From Bacteroidota bacterium (lineage in GTDB: Bacteria; Bacteroidota; Ignavibacteria; Palsa-1295): a DNA stretch of 42,552 bases. Location: the NCBI GenBank assembly GCA_025363505.1, contig JANYDV010000266.1, forward strand, positions 1 to 42,552, written 5' to 3'. A program made the position numbers and the translations under genes. Positions within the stretch are counted from its first letter, which is position 1, and the number at the start of each line of letters is the position of its first letter. This document shows positions 35,805 through 42,552 of this stretch, one piece after another. Below the pieces are notes generated by a model. It worked only from the letters and a program-made list of their open reading frames with translations. It was not told the origin of the DNA and did not search any database.

Positions 35805-37013
35805 ATGAAGAGAGATTATTACGAAATTTTAGGAGTCGAGAAATCGGCATCTGCCGATGAGATAAAAAAATCATACCGAAAGATGGCGATGGAATTTCAT
35901 CCTGACCGTAATCCGGGGAATGCCGAAGCAGAAGAAAAGTTTAAGGAAGCCGCAGAAGCCTATGAGGTCTTGAGTGATACTGATAAGCGTGCTCGCTTCG
36001 ATCGATTTGGTCATCAAGGTATGCGTAATACAGATTACGGACATTCGCAAAACCCTGAGGATATTTTTAGTCATTTCTCCGATATTTTTTCGGGAATGAG
36101 TGGTGGCAGCGGAGGAAGTATCTTCGATACATTCTTTGGTGGTGGTGGTGGCGGGCGTACTCAGGCAGGACCCGAACGTGGCTCCGATCTACAAATTCGT
36201 TTAGGATTAACCCTTGAAGAGATCGCTGTTGGGGTAGAGAAAACAATCAAAGTGAAACACTTCCGTAAATGCTCAACCTGTAGCGGAAGCGGCGCAAAAA
36301 CGGGCTCAAGTGTACAAACTTGTCAAACTTGCGGCGGTGCCGGTCAAGTACGCCAAGTACGGTCAATGGGCTTTGGGCAGTTTGTCAATGTAGGTCCTTG
36401 CCCAACCTGTAATGGTACAGGCTCGATCATCAAAGACAAATGCACATCCTGTCACGGCGAAGGTCGGGTGCAAGAAGAGAGCACGCTTAAGGTCAAAATT
36501 CCTGCAGGCGTCAGTGATGGAAATTATTTAACCATGAATACGCAGGGTCATGCAGGGCGTAGGGGTGGACCAGCCGGTGATGCGATTGTGGTGATAGAAG
36601 AGCTTGAGCATGATATTTTTGTGCGTGACGGTGATGACGTTATCCTCGATCTCGATATTACTTTCCCTCAAGCGGCACTCGGGGCAGAAGTTGAAGTGCC
36701 GACCTTGACCGGAAGAGCGTTGCTTAAAATTCAGGGTGGTATCAAATCCGGTACGACACTGAGAATGCGAGATAAAGGTATTCATCATTTAAATCGCAAT
36801 GGCAGCGGCGACCAACTTGTACGAGTCCATATCATTACACCTGCAAAGATTAGCAAGACCGAACGCCAGTTGATCGAGCAATTAGCACAGGAAGATAATT
36901 TTAGCTCCGGCGTGAAAGCAGAAAGTCCAAAGTCAGCAGCCTCTAAATCAAAGTCGCATAAAAGAAGTGAGCAAGCGGGGGTATTTAATAATCTTCGCTC
37001 AATGTTCTCTTAA
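35805..37013 (+). CDS. dnaJ: Molecular chaperone DnaJ
   Basis: J-domain with HPDRNPG, a G/F-rich linker, and four CxxCxGxG zinc-finger repeats ([32 protein letters not shown]). Confidence 0.95.
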   Translation: MKRDYYEILGVEKSASADEIKKSYRKMAMEFHPDRNPGNAEAEEKFKEAAEAYEVLSDTDKRARFDRFGHQGMRNTDYGHSQNPEDIFSHFSDIFSGMSGGSGGSIFDTFFGGGGGGRTQAGPERGSDLQIRLGLTLEEIAVGVEKTIKVKHFRKCSTCSGSGAKTGSSVQTCQTCGGAGQVRQVRSMGFGQFVNVGPCPTCNGTGSIIKDKCTSCHGEGRVQEESTLKVKIPAGVSDGNYLTMNTQGHAGRRGGPAGDAIVVIEELEHDIFVRDGDDVILDLDITFPQAALGAEVEVPTLTGRALLKIQGGIKSGTTLRMRDKGIHHLNRNGSGDQLVRVHIITPAKISKTERQLIEQLAQEDNFSSGVKAESPKSAASKSKSHKRSEQAGVFNNLRSMFS

Positions 37014-37031
37014 CTTGCGGCGATATTGTTG

Positions 37032-37039
37032 TATATTTG
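37032..37039 (+). promoter_or_regulatory. Candidate '-7' box TATATTTG for the comEA-like/rsmD/coaD operon
   Basis: TTGTATATTTGAAG lies 23 nt upstream of the ATG at 37063 and just after the dnaJ stop. Confidence 0.45.
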
Positions 37040-37062
37040 AAGCGCTACGATAATCCGAAACG

Positions 37063-37605
37063 ATGGCGCGATTCAGTGATATAATTCAGAATATTCGAGA
37101 GCGTGTAAAAACGCTCTCTTCTCGTTTCTTTACGCCGAAGGAATTTCGATCGGCATTGTTTTTTCTTGGTCTTGGTATTGCTGCGTTGCTCTATCGTGGT
37201 GGCTCATATATTGTTCGCGAGTATTTTCCGAAAACGATTTCTGAGGATGAGCGCTCGATTCAACACACGAATGACAGCGTGTTTGCCCTGCTTTCGAAGA
37301 GAGCTGTGATTGAGGATTCGTTGCGGTTTTGGATTCCGGAAGATTCGCTTGATCACCAGGAGCATATTCGACTCACGAGCAAGTCGAAAAAAGAATTGAA
37401 TCTCATCGAACATTCGATTGCTATTAACACTGCCGATAGTGCTACTTTTCAGCAGCTTCCCGGTATTGGCGAAAAAATGGCTTCTCGAATTGTGCAGTAC
37501 CGCACTAATCGCGGAAAATTTCGACACTTACATGAGTTGATGAATGTCGAAGGTATTGGTGATCAGAAATATAAAAAAATGGAGCCTTATCTGAAGTTAT
37601 ATTGA
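37063..37605 (+). CDS. ComEA-like helix-hairpin-helix DNA-binding protein with an N-terminal membrane anchor
   Basis: One TM helix (ALFFLGLGIAALLY). The C-terminal tandem HhH reads FQQLPGIGEKMASRIVQYR..LMNVEGIGDQKYKKMEPYL. Confidence 0.75.
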   Translation: MARFSDIIQNIRERVKTLSSRFFTPKEFRSALFFLGLGIAALLYRGGSYIVREYFPKTISEDERSIQHTNDSVFALLSKRAVIEDSLRFWIPEDSLDHQEHIRLTSKSKKELNLIEHSIAINTADSATFQQLPGIGEKMASRIVQYRTNRGKFRHLHELMNVEGIGDQKYKKMEPYLKLY

Positions 37606-38204
37606 TGCGAATAATTTCCGGGATTTATAAAAGCAGAACGCTTCAAGCACCCAAAGGCGATCAAACTCGCCCGACAGCTGATCGTGCTCGCGAGACACTT
37701 TTTAATATGCTCGTGAATATGATTGAGTTCGAGGATGCTCGAGTGCTTGATCTCTTTTCCGGTAGCGGTGCATTTGCCTTGGAAGCTATTAGTCGTGGTG
37801 CCAGTTCGGCGGTGTGTGTCGAAAAAGCACCGCAAGCAATTTCGACGATCAATTTGAATGCAATGAATCTTGGTATCGGTACAGAACTTCAGATTGTTCG
37901 TTCTGATGTCTATAAATGGCTTTCTTTAGCGTCCGACTCGTTTGATGTCATTTTTGCCGACCCTCCGTATGACGACCCAAATCTGGCAGATGTCCTGCCG
38001 AGGCAGATATTTGACTCAAGGCTCTTAACTCCCGATTCCATTGTTATTATTGAGCATCGAAGCGGCAGCACCTTACAACTTCCCGAATCGGCTGAGTTGA
38101 TACGGGAGCGTGCTGCAGGAGAGGCACATTTTACTTTTTTACGATTACGTGGCAGTAGTAACGCATCAGAAAACGCGGAGAGTGATCTATCCCGGGACGT
38201 TTGA
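37605..38204 (+). CDS. rsmD: 16S rRNA (guanine966-N2)-methyltransferase RsmD
   Basis: MRIISGIYKSRTLQAPKGDQTRPTADRARETLFNML, LDLFSGSGAFALEAISRGA and the DPPY motif (IFADPPYD). The ATG overlaps the upstream stop (TGATG). Confidence 0.88.
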   Translation: MRIISGIYKSRTLQAPKGDQTRPTADRARETLFNMLVNMIEFEDARVLDLFSGSGAFALEAISRGASSAVCVEKAPQAISTINLNAMNLGIGTELQIVRSDVYKWLSLASDSFDVIFADPPYDDPNLADVLPRQIFDSRLLTPDSIVIIEHRSGSTLQLPESAELIRERAAGEAHFTFLRLRGSSNASENAESDLSRDV

Positions 38205-38685
38205 CCCGATTACCAACGGTCATCTTGATGTGATTGCTCGTGCTGGCGAGTTGTTCGATGAAGTGATCATCGCCATTGCTACCAATAGTACCAAATCACC
38301 CCTTTTTACCGAACAAGAACGAGTAACACTTTGCAACGAGGCAATTGCCGAGCTATTCCCAAACAATACGAATATCACTGTTGAAGGATTTAGCGGTTTG
38401 TTGGTGGACTATGCACATCAACAGCAAGCCGTCGCAATTGTCCGTGGACTTCGAGCTCTTAGCGATTTTGAATACGAATTTCAGTTGGCATTGATGAACC
38501 GGAAGCTTGAAGATATTTCGACAGTATTCCTTATGCCGAACGAACGCTATACTTATTTAAACTCGACGATCATCCGTGAGATTGCTCGCTTCGGGCGTGA
38601 TGTCTCAAGCTTTGTACCACAATGTGTACAGTTGGCGCTTCGTAATAAATATTCTGCCACCACCGGCACAAATAAATACTTGTGA
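38149..38685 (+). CDS. coaD: Phosphopantetheine adenylyltransferase
   Basis: IYPGTFDPITNGHLDVIARA with the T/HxGH motif. The start is ambiguous: GTG at 38149 or GTG at 38182. Either overlaps the 3' end of rsmD, and the track's start at 38110 is too far upstream. Confidence 0.85.
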   Translation: MAVVTHQKTRRVIYPGTFDPITNGHLDVIARAGELFDEVIIAIATNSTKSPLFTEQERVTLCNEAIAELFPNNTNITVEGFSGLLVDYAHQQQAVAIVRGLRALSDFEYEFQLALMNRKLEDISTVFLMPNERYTYLNSTIIREIARFGRDVSSFVPQCVQLALRNKYSATTGTNKYL

Positions 38686-38689
38686 AGAT

Positions 38690-39904
38690 ATGATGATGAC
38701 AGAAGTAGAAAAACGCATTGCCAAACGATTGGACCACGTCGAAGACTCGCCGACGCTTCGCATTGCGGCGCTCGCAACCCAACTGCGAAAGCAAGGTCGG
38801 TCGATTATCAGTCTTTCGACCGGCGAACCGGATTTTCCGACGCCGGAGAATATCAAGCAAGCGGCAATCCGTGCGATCGAAGAAAATTTTACGAAATATA
38901 CTCCTGCTGAAGGCATTCCGGAGCTCCGCGAACTGGTTGCGCAAAAATTTCGCAATGACAACCAAATTCAAACTACTGCCGATCGAGTGATCATAACTTC
39001 AGGCGGCAAGCATGCGCTGAGCAATGCATTATTTACAGTCTGCGAAGAAGGTGATGAAGTCATCATTCCATCGCCCTTTTGGGCGAGCTATGAAGCTATT
39101 GCAAGGCTTTCCGAAGCGACTCCTGTGGTGATTAAGACAACCCAAGAAGAGAATTGGCTCCTGAGCCCGAAAAAATTGCAAGAGGCTATTACTTCGCGCT
39201 CGAGGTTGTTGATGCTCAACACACCACTCAACCCTACGAGTGCAATGTATTCGAAAGAAGATCTTCTCGCGCTTGTTCCAATCATCAAAGAAACTGGGCT
39301 GCTGGTGTTGGTTGATGAGTTGTACGAAAAATTATTATTCGACGGACATACACATTACTCGTTAGGCTCTTGTGAAGATATTGCCGATCAAGTCATAACA
39401 GTCAACGGACTTTCGAAAGCGTACTCAATGACCGGATGGCGGCTTGGCTATGCTACCGGACCGAAATGGGTGATAGACTCGATGATCCGTTTGCAGTCAC
39501 AAGCAGTATCGCATCCCAGCTCGATCAGCCAGAAGGCTGCGATCGAAGCTATCAGCGGACCCCAAGAGTCGGTTGAGATGATGAGACAAGCTTTTCAAAA
39601 ACGTCGCGATCTGGTAGTTGGGTTATTACAGGAGATTCCGGGTATTTTCTTTTCGCAACCACAAGGTGCGTTCTATGTATTTTTTGATGTGTCTTCTTAT
39701 AGTGGTCTGAAGACTCCGAAAGGTAAAACAATAGCCGGTGCATTCGATCTCTGTGAATTTTTGCTCGAAAGTGAGGGGCTTGCGCTTGTTGCCGGAGATG
39801 CATTTGGCGATTCCAATCACATTCGTCTCTCTTTTGCGGCATCCGAAGCCGATATTATCGAAGGGGTAAAGCGAATGAAACATGCTTTTGCGGCGCTCAT
39901 ATAA
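38690..39904 (+). CDS. Class-I PLP-dependent aminotransferase (aspartate aminotransferase-like)
   Basis: LSTGEPDFPTPENIKQAA, then YTPAEGIPELRE, then the PLP-lysine motif NGLSKAYSMTGWRLGY. The start is set at the ATG triplet run at 38690, 4 nt after the coaD stop. Confidence 0.85.
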   Translation: MMMTEVEKRIAKRLDHVEDSPTLRIAALATQLRKQGRSIISLSTGEPDFPTPENIKQAAIRAIEENFTKYTPAEGIPELRELVAQKFRNDNQIQTTADRVIITSGGKHALSNALFTVCEEGDEVIIPSPFWASYEAIARLSEATPVVIKTTQEENWLLSPKKLQEAITSRSRLLMLNTPLNPTSAMYSKEDLLALVPIIKETGLLVLVDELYEKLLFDGHTHYSLGSCEDIADQVITVNGLSKAYSMTGWRLGYATGPKWVIDSMIRLQSQAVSHPSSISQKAAIEAISGPQESVEMMRQAFQKRRDLVVGLLQEIPGIFFSQPQGAFYVFFDVSSYSGLKTPKGKTIAGAFDLCEFLLESEGLALVAGDAFGDSNHIRLSFAASEADIIEGVKRMKHAFAALI

Positions 39905-39912
39905 TTATAGCG

Positions 39913-40749
39913 ATGAATCTTGCAGAGCATAATCCCCTCGTATTGCCGGTCGAGCAAACATTACAGATTCTCGATGTTTTTTTGCGTGACGAAGTCCGCC
40001 GATTTGGTTTTCAAAAAGTTGTTGTCGGGTTGTCGGGAGGTGTTGATTCGGCTGTGTCAGCATATCTTGCGGTACGTGCGCTTGGCGCCCAGAATGTTCA
40101 TTGTGTAATGATGCCATATACTACTTCCAGTCCGGCAAGTCTTACTGATGCAGAGTTAGTAGTCATTAAGCTCGGTTGTAGCGTCGAAGTTGTCGAAATC
40201 ACCCCCATCGTTGAGCCTCTATTCATATCGAACCCTGATATGAATAATCTTCGTCGCGGCAATATTATGGCAAGGACGCGAATGATTGTTCTTTATGACC
40301 GCTCGGCAAAACTGGGGGCATTAGTATTAGGCACATCGAACAAGACCGAAGGCTTGCTCGGATATACAACACAGTTTGGAGACAATGCCAGTGCTATCAA
40401 TCCCATTGGCGATCTTTATAAAACGCAAGTATGGCAACTGGCTAAGGCATTGGGGGTCCCGGATTCGATTATTGATAAAGCTCCGAGCGCAGATCTTTGG
40501 GCAGGACAAACCGATGAGCAAGAGATGGGTATCAGCTATCCGGTCGTAGATAGGCTTTTATACTATATGGTTGATTGTGTGTTATCAGAATCGGAGCTTT
40601 TTGAGCACGGATTTTCATTCGAACTCCTCCAAAAAATAAAGAAAATGATTGCCAGATCTCAATACAAGCGTATGACCCCTCTCATCGCAAAGATCGGGCA
40701 GCGCACAATAAATGTTGACTTCCGTTACCCAAGAGACTGGGGTAGTTAG
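39913..40749 (+). CDS. nadE: Ammonia-dependent NAD+ synthetase
   Basis: PP-loop VVVGLSGGVDSAV. LGTSNKTEGLLGYTTQFGD and ..ADLWAGQTDEQEMG also fit NadE. Confidence 0.9.
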   Translation: MNLAEHNPLVLPVEQTLQILDVFLRDEVRRFGFQKVVVGLSGGVDSAVSAYLAVRALGAQNVHCVMMPYTTSSPASLTDAELVVIKLGCSVEVVEITPIVEPLFISNPDMNNLRRGNIMARTRMIVLYDRSAKLGALVLGTSNKTEGLLGYTTQFGDNASAINPIGDLYKTQVWQLAKALGVPDSIIDKAPSADLWAGQTDEQEMGISYPVVDRLLYYMVDCVLSESELFEHGFSFELLQKIKKMIARSQYKRMTPLIAKIGQRTINVDFRYPRDWGS

Positions 40750-40860
40750 TTTTCTCTAACTAAATATAAATTAATGATTTAGCCAACATTGTCATTGAGC
40801 AGGTGCATTGACTCGATAATATTAATATTCAGTTTTCTTGGGAAGAGTCAAAAGATTTCG

Positions 40861-40868
40861 TATATTTG
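40861..40868 (+). promoter_or_regulatory. Candidate '-7' box TATATTTG for the Zn-ribbon gene/rpsU operon
   Basis: TCGTATATTTGTAT, with a TTG about 21 nt upstream. It implies a ~125-nt leader before the GTG at 41003. Confidence 0.4.
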
Positions 40869-41002
40869 TATTCTTAGCTTTGTGGATAACTTTGAGGCAA
40901 GGAATCTTCGGCTGCGCATACAAGACGGCAGTTGGAGTTTGTCAGAAATGACAAGTAGAGCTGAAAAGCTGTTGAACAAATATAATACATTTTAAACGAG
41001 CC

Positions 41003-41497
41003 GTGGCAAAGACAGCAAAAACAACTGAAGAGAAGCCGAAGAAAGCTACTCGCGGGCGTACACGCCGACGGATGAAATATATCACGGGCTTGATGCTCTG
41101 TTCTGATTGCACCAAGACTGCTCGTAAAGAGATTGTCGGTGAAGCAAGGACCCAGGCTGCAGGGGAAGAACCACAGCCGATTGATCCGATTACAGGCGAG
41201 CGTCAGAGTGATAATCTTTGGGTACGGTGTACCAAATGTCATAATACGATGCTGGTGAATCTCACCGCAATGTTGAATGATAAGCCGAAAGCTCATGCAA
41301 ACCTGAGCGCTTCTGAATGCACTCAATACACGCCGCAGCGCATTTATGCGATTGGCGAAGCAGTCTATCATAAAGAATGGGATGATATGGGCTCGGTCGT
41401 TTCGAAAGAAATCACAGGAAGCGGACGTCATGCTATCATTGTGAACTTCGACCGTGTAGGCGAGAAGAAATTGCTCGAAAACTTTTTGTTACAATAA
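41003..41497 (+). CDS. Hypothetical basic protein: Arg/Lys-rich N-terminus, split CxxC...CxxC zinc ribbon, C-terminal SH3/Tudor-like module
   Basis: KKATRGRTRRR, then CSDC (33-36) and CTKC (76-79). The C-terminal YAIGEAVYHKEWDDMGSVVSKEITGSGRHAIIVNFDRVGEKKL resembles the 'G..V.H..FG.G.V......I.V.F...G.K.L' module of CarD/PcrA-C-terminal-type domains. It has a GTG start and lies 44 nt upstream of rpsU. Confidence 0.55.
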   Translation: MAKTAKTTEEKPKKATRGRTRRRMKYITGLMLCSDCTKTARKEIVGEARTQAAGEEPQPIDPITGERQSDNLWVRCTKCHNTMLVNLTAMLNDKPKAHANLSASECTQYTPQRIYAIGEAVYHKEWDDMGSVVSKEITGSGRHAIIVNFDRVGEKKLLENFLLQ

Positions 41498-41541
41498 ACG
41501 CATTTCGTAACTATAATTTACAGTAAAGGGGGAATCTCAGA

Positions 41542-41736
41542 GTGATTGGAATCATTATTCAAGACAACGAGCCGATCGATCGCGCACTTCGACGTTTTAA
41601 GAAAAAATACGAGCGTGCCGGCATTTTGCGTGAATTTCGCAGAAGGATGGCATTCGAAAAGCCGTCAATAACGAATAAAATGAAGCTCCAACGTGCTTCG
41701 CGTCGTCAGATACGCGTTCAAGAAGAGCTGAATTAG
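41542..41736 (+). CDS. rpsU: 30S ribosomal protein S21
   Basis: IDRALRRFKKKYERAGILREFRRRMAFEKPS..KLQRASRRQ. A GTG start is preceded by the AAGGGGGA Shine-Dalgarno. Confidence 0.9.
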   Translation: MIGIIIQDNEPIDRALRRFKKKYERAGILREFRRRMAFEKPSITNKMKLQRASRRQIRVQEELN

Positions 41737-41762
41737 ATAAAAAATTTCTCATTAAAGAGAAT

Positions 41763-41797
41763 AAAAAGCCCCGTTTGTTACAAACGGGGCTTTTTTT
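41763..41797 (+). terminator. Rho-independent terminator of rpsU
   Basis: AAAAAGCCCCGTTTG-tta-CAAACGGGGCTTTTTTT is a perfect stem followed by a T7 run. Confidence 0.9.
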
Positions 41798-41889
41798 GTG
41801 TCCTAATGTTAGGGAGCAAATATATTTTATATTTAATCCCATACATTGTAACTTTTGGGATTCCCAATTGTTTATACTGTCAGAGATCT

Positions 41890-41897
41890 TACGTTTG
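41890..41897 (+). promoter_or_regulatory. Candidate '-7' box TACGTTTG for the last gene
   Basis: It lies 130 nt upstream of the ATG at 42028. Hairpins follow at 41927-41950 and 41965-41997. Confidence 0.35.
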
Positions 41898-41926
41898 TGT
41901 CTACCCTCGAACATAACGTAACCCTT

Positions 41927-41950
41927 AATGGCACATTGGTGTGCCATTAT
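41927..41950 (+). other. Perfect 10-bp hairpin in the leader of the last gene
   Basis: TAATGGCACA-ttgg-TGTGCCATTA. A second stem, AAAATAGC(N17, C-rich loop)GCTATTTT, lies at 41965-41997. Confidence 0.4.
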
Positions 41951-42027
41951 GTTATTTTGATGAAAAATAGCTCCCGTGTCCCCCACCTGCTATTTTCGGC
42001 AAAATTTTAGATATCAACTATACTATT

Positions 42028-42552
42028 ATGAATACTAACATTACTAAATCATTACTTCGCAGAATTTCTCTGCTTATCGTCGTCGGGCTCTTGATGCTCA
42101 GTGCTACTTCCGCTTCGGCAGTAGTCACTAATACACTCATGTCCGAACGTTTTGACGAAGGGTATGTCCCGGCAAACGGATGGAACAGTTACTATAATTA
42201 TTATGGCGGTGGTAACGGCTATAATTGGAGTTATTGGTCGAAAGCCGGCGCAAATGATTATGATGGTTCGTGGGTCTTTAATCTTTATGATTGTGATCAG
42301 GACTATATCTACTCGCCCACGATGGACGCCTCTGCATACAGCGGACCCAAAGACAAAGTCTATCTCGAATTCGATGCATGGATCGAGTATAATGGTTATG
42401 ACTATGATCAGACAAATAATAGTAAGACCGCTGAAGCGGGAGCATATTTTGCTGTCTATGCAGATAATGGGAGCGGTGCATATTATAATAACTCACCTCT
42501 ATTAGAGTATACTCATACCGACGATGTCTTTACGTTTGACAATCGCTATGAC
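42028..42552 (+). CDS. Secreted protein, 3'-truncated by the window edge (possibly a choice-of-anchor-J-like N-terminal domain). Not present in the supplied ORF track
   Basis: My hand translation gives 175 codons with no stop, running to the last base. It starts MNTNITKSLLRRISLLIVVGLLMLSATSASA (signal peptide), then ..LMSERFDEGYVPANGWNSYYNYYGGGNGYNWSYW.., a Tyr/Asn/Gly/Asp-rich sequence. Confidence 0.7.
   Translation, partial: MNTNITKSLLRRISLLIVVGLLMLSATSASAVVTNTLMSERFDEGYVPANGWNSYYNYYGGGNGYNWSYWSKAGANDYDGSWVFNLYDCDQDYIYSPTMDASAYSGPKDKVYLEFDAWIEYNGYDYDQTNNSKTAEAGAYFAVYADNGSGAYYNNSPLLEYTHTDDVFTFDNRYD

Noticed and set aside
40789-40995. A 68-aa ORF in the nadE / Zn-ribbon intergenic region.
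   Set aside because: It has a non-ATG start and an odd composition, and it spans the predicted promoter box. The region is more likely a promoter plus 5' leader.
40874-41431. 185-aa minus-strand ORF antisense to the Zn-ribbon gene.
   Set aside because: It is Cys/Phe/Arg-rich, as expected for an antisense shadow. The plus-strand ORF has coherent motifs and sits in an operon with rpsU.
42152-42505. 117-aa (+) and 72-aa (-) ORFs listed in the track at the 3' end.
   Set aside because: Their Met/Ile/His/Tyr-rich composition is implausible. They lie out of frame inside the better-supported signal-peptide ORF that starts at 42028.
1-42552. A search by eye for tRNA/rRNA genes, CRISPR repeats, IS elements, integrases, long direct or inverted repeats and toxin-antitoxin pairs.
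   Set aside because: I found none. The intergenic regions are short and are explained by promoters, terminators and leaders. The only recurring short sequence is the promoter box. A computational scan (tRNAscan, Infernal, a repeat finder) would still be needed to be certain.

Overview
This is a densely packed 42.5-kb chromosomal window with about 40 protein genes. I saw no rRNA, tRNA, CRISPR array, transposase or integrase. All calls come from reading the supplied translations and the DNA by eye, so family names rest on remembered motifs, not on searches.

Lineage (inference): probably an FCB-group bacterium, likely Ignavibacteriota/Chlorobiota-like. The clues are:
- three secreted proteins ending in T9SS type-A C-terminal sorting domains;
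- a recurrent TAnnTTTG '-7' promoter box in front of operons;
- an hrcA-grpE-dnaJ operon without dnaK;
- a mammalian-type 6-pyruvoyl-tetrahydropterin synthase next to folE.

Most genes are housekeeping: CNNM/CorC transporter, Wzx-like flippase, citrate synthase, rpsT, kdsB-aminotransferase-coaBC-UDG, folE, hrcA-grpE-dnaJ, rsmD-coaD-aminotransferase-nadE and rpsU.

Regions worth a second look:
1. A minus-strand string: Fur/PerR-like regulator, GT-C glycosyltransferase, rubredoxin-less rubrerythrin, 2x[4Fe-4S]+2xCCG protein and DUF3501. It has a 7-1-7 palindrome in front of the regulator.
2. An ECF sigma, a cysteine-free ChrR-type cupin anti-sigma and a T9SS-tagged DUF4331 protein, followed by the relic of a TonB-dependent receptor.
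3. A STAS-domain protein carrying an 85-residue tail that is 62% Asp/Glu.
4. A 1783-aa T9SS multidomain surface protein with a long hairpin-containing (possibly structured) leader.
5. A basic Zn-ribbon protein co-transcribed with rpsU.
6. Several promoter boxes only 6-11 nt from start codons, implying leaderless or near-leaderless mRNAs.

One real ORF that runs off the 3' end (42028..42552) is missing from the supplied ORF track. I cannot point to a clear-cut new defence or mobile system; the candidates above are ranked by my own judgement.
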